A DNA stretch of 64,000 nucleotides from Squalus acanthias (taxonomy: Eukaryota): NCBI GenBank assembly GCA_030390025.1, contig CM059431.1, positions 118,298,001 through 118,362,000 of the forward strand. The letters run 5' to 3'. Under the pieces are notes generated by a model. It did not search any database, was not told the origin of the DNA, and saw nothing but the letters and a program-made list of their open reading frames with translations. The first letter of the stretch is position 1; every line of letters begins with the position of its first letter. Below are positions 61,780 to 64,000 of the stretch, in pieces. A program made the position numbers and the translations under genes.

Positions 61780-62520
61780 CTGTCTGAGGCTGAACCACAC
61801 TGTTCGCAACCTTGGTGTCATATTTGACCCTGAAATGAGCTTCCGACCACATATCCGCAGCATAACTAAGACCGCCTACTTCCACCTCCATAACATTGCC
61901 CAACTCCGCCCCTGCCTCAGCTCATCTGCTGCTGAAACCCTCATCCATGCCTTTGTTACCTCTAGACTTGACTATTCCAATGCACTCCTGGCTGGCCTCC
62001 CACGTTCCACCCTACATAAATATGAGGTCATCCAAAACTCTGCTGCCAGTGCCCTAACTTACAGCAAGTCCCGTTCGCCCATCACCCCTTGCTCGCTGAC
62101 CTACATTGGCTCCTGGTTAAGCAACTCCATGGTTTTAAAATTCTCATCCTTGTTTTCAAATCCTTCCATGGCCTCGCCCCTCCCTATCTCCGTAATCTCC
62201 TCCAGCCCCACAACCCCCCGAGCTATCTGTGCTCCTCTAATTCTGCCCTCTTGAACATCCCTGATTTTAATCACTCAAACATTGGTGGTTGTGCCTTCAG
62301 CTGCCAAGGCCCCAAGCTCTGAAATTCCTTCCCTAAACCTCTCAGCCTCTCTACCTCTCTTTCCTCCTTTAAGACACTCCTTCAAACCTTCATCTTTGAG
62401 CAAGCTTTCAGTCATCTGCCCTAATTTCTCGTTATGTGGCTCGGTGTCAAATTTTGTTCTACAAGGCTCCTGTGCAGCGCCTTGGGATGTTTTACTATGT
62501 GAAAGGCAGTATATAAATAC
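61780..62520 (+). mobile_element. L2 LINE 3' fragment (tail completed at ~63447-63460)
   Basis: VRNLGVIFDPEMSF, AETLIHAFVTSRLDYSNALLAGLP, LADLHWL. Confidence 0.92.
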
Positions 62521-63434
62521 TAACCTAACTTTTTCCAGTTCTGACGAAGGGTCACAGACCTGAAACATTGGCCCAGAAATTTGGCCAAATACGGGAGAGT
62601 ACGCACTGTGCACTCTCGCGTATTCGGTCCCGAAGTGCCGGTTTCCTGCATGCACTGCGCATGCGCGGGAAACCGGCACTTCCGATATTGCGAAGGGGGC
62701 GGTTCCTAAGTGAACCGCGTGCGCACTACAGGCTGTGCGCATGCAGCATACTTAGGTTTTTTTTCAGGTTTCAACGTGAGGGTAAGTATGCAAGATTTTA
62801 CACATGAAAAAAGGAGGAGGTGTAAGACCCCTTTTTAACAAGGTAAGTAGTTAATTAAGTATTATTTTAAATTTTTTTCAACAGGTTTATCTTTTTTAGA
62901 GACTTTAAAGAAAGGTAAGTCTATTTTTATAACTTTTTAAAAAGAATTTAATTTTTTTCAAAAATTTAAATTGTTTAAAGTGGTTAATTTATTTAACTAT
63001 AGTTATTTTATTAATGTGATGGTTTTTTAAAAAAATTAATTGAGGTTTAGCTGTTATTTGGGGGCAAGTTGTATTCATAGTTTTGACAGTTCTCATGTCA
63101 AAACTATGAATGAAAGATGGTGTGCTGCCATTGGCTCTAACTGGCCCACGTGATCCCAGAGGTCGCATCGAACTAACTGCGCATCTGGGACACGCACACA
63201 CTGCGCGCCGGCACCAGGGAGAGGCCCAAGACCAGAAGTTCGTGTGGGCCAAAACCATAAAGGTAGGCGCGGAGTGCGATATCGCGGGGGATCCTTACCC
63301 CCGCGGCAACCATCGAAGTCTAATTTCTGGGCCATTAACTCTGTTTCTCTCTCCACGGATGCTGCCTGGCCTGCTGAGTGTTTCCAGCATTTTCTGTTAT
63401 TTCAGAATTCCAGCATCCGCAGTATTTTGCTATT
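62521..63434 (+). mobile_element. Hammerhead-bearing short retroposon (~150 bp without its insert), 12-bp TSD
   Basis: TSD gtatataaatac at 62509-62520 and 63435-63446; CTGACGA at 62541. Confidence 0.85.
62570..63333. mobile_element. Harbinger-type MITE, 764 bp
   Basis: Perfect 12-bp TIRs ggcccagaaatt / aatttctgggcc; TSD att. Confidence 0.95.
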
Positions 63435-64000
63435 GTATATAAATACAAGCTGTTGTTGTTTTTTTTTAAGTTATCCGAGTAATCCTTTCTTCATATTACA
63501 ACTGTTTTTTTGTTTACAAAACTTTGATAGTCGTCAGCAGCGTACAGTGTACAATATCCATGAGATATTGTGAACTTTATTGAGTGGCGAGGGCGGTGGG
63601 CAAATTAAAACAATATTATAACACTTTGCAATTCTGAAGAAATTAAGTGACTATTTTATAGTGTGCTCATTTTATGAAACAAGGTAAAGATTAGAGGTTG
63701 CCACACAATCATGAAAGGGCAGCTGGAATTGTTTTTTTTTCCAAAATGTTAAGCGATGTGGAGAAAAGACTAACATCTTGTGAGCTTCATGTGAGCACTA
63801 ATGTTGTCCATTTAACATAGATCACATTAGGTTCCCCAAAATAAAAGCACTGATTTTAACCTAACTCATCTGTTGCAAAGGGGAACTGTTCAGGTCACAT
63901 CTCAACTGATTTTGCACATTGTTGACTTCAATGACGCATAAAATCAGGCGGGTGTAAAACAGGTGTCCGACCTGGACTCGCCCAGTTTCTGCTGGGTGTC

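Overview
This is eukaryotic, repeat-saturated DNA with no recognisable host protein-coding exon. The repeat inventory (HE1-like V-SINE, SacSINE1-like DeuSINE, esterase-ORF1 CR1, L2, Penelope) suggests a cartilaginous fish (inference). Roughly 40% of the window is PIF/Harbinger DNA transposon sequence. Four two-gene elements carry a spliced three-exon Myb/SANT gene on + converging on a HARBI1-type DDE transposase on -; one further element keeps mainly Myb remnants, one keeps a transposase remnant, and there are more than ten non-autonomous derivatives with GG..AATT-type TIRs and 3-bp TSDs. All coding copies carry stops, frameshifts or deletions. Most notable: (i) minimal type-I hammerhead ribozyme motifs of one shared architecture in a Penelope GIY-YIG fragment and in a separate family of short non-coding, TSD-flanked retroposons; (ii) a Harbinger that holds a 370-bp inverted copy of its own flank just inside its TIR; (iii) a spliced 458-aa Myb/SANT gene one codon from intact; (iv) twin 890-bp derivatives that lost both ORFs but kept both upstream regions; (v) multi-level nested insertions; (vi) unique segments with PBX/MEIS/HOX motif clusters. 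Everything was read by eye. Family names come from recalled motifs rather than database searches, and the boundaries of degraded elements are approximate.
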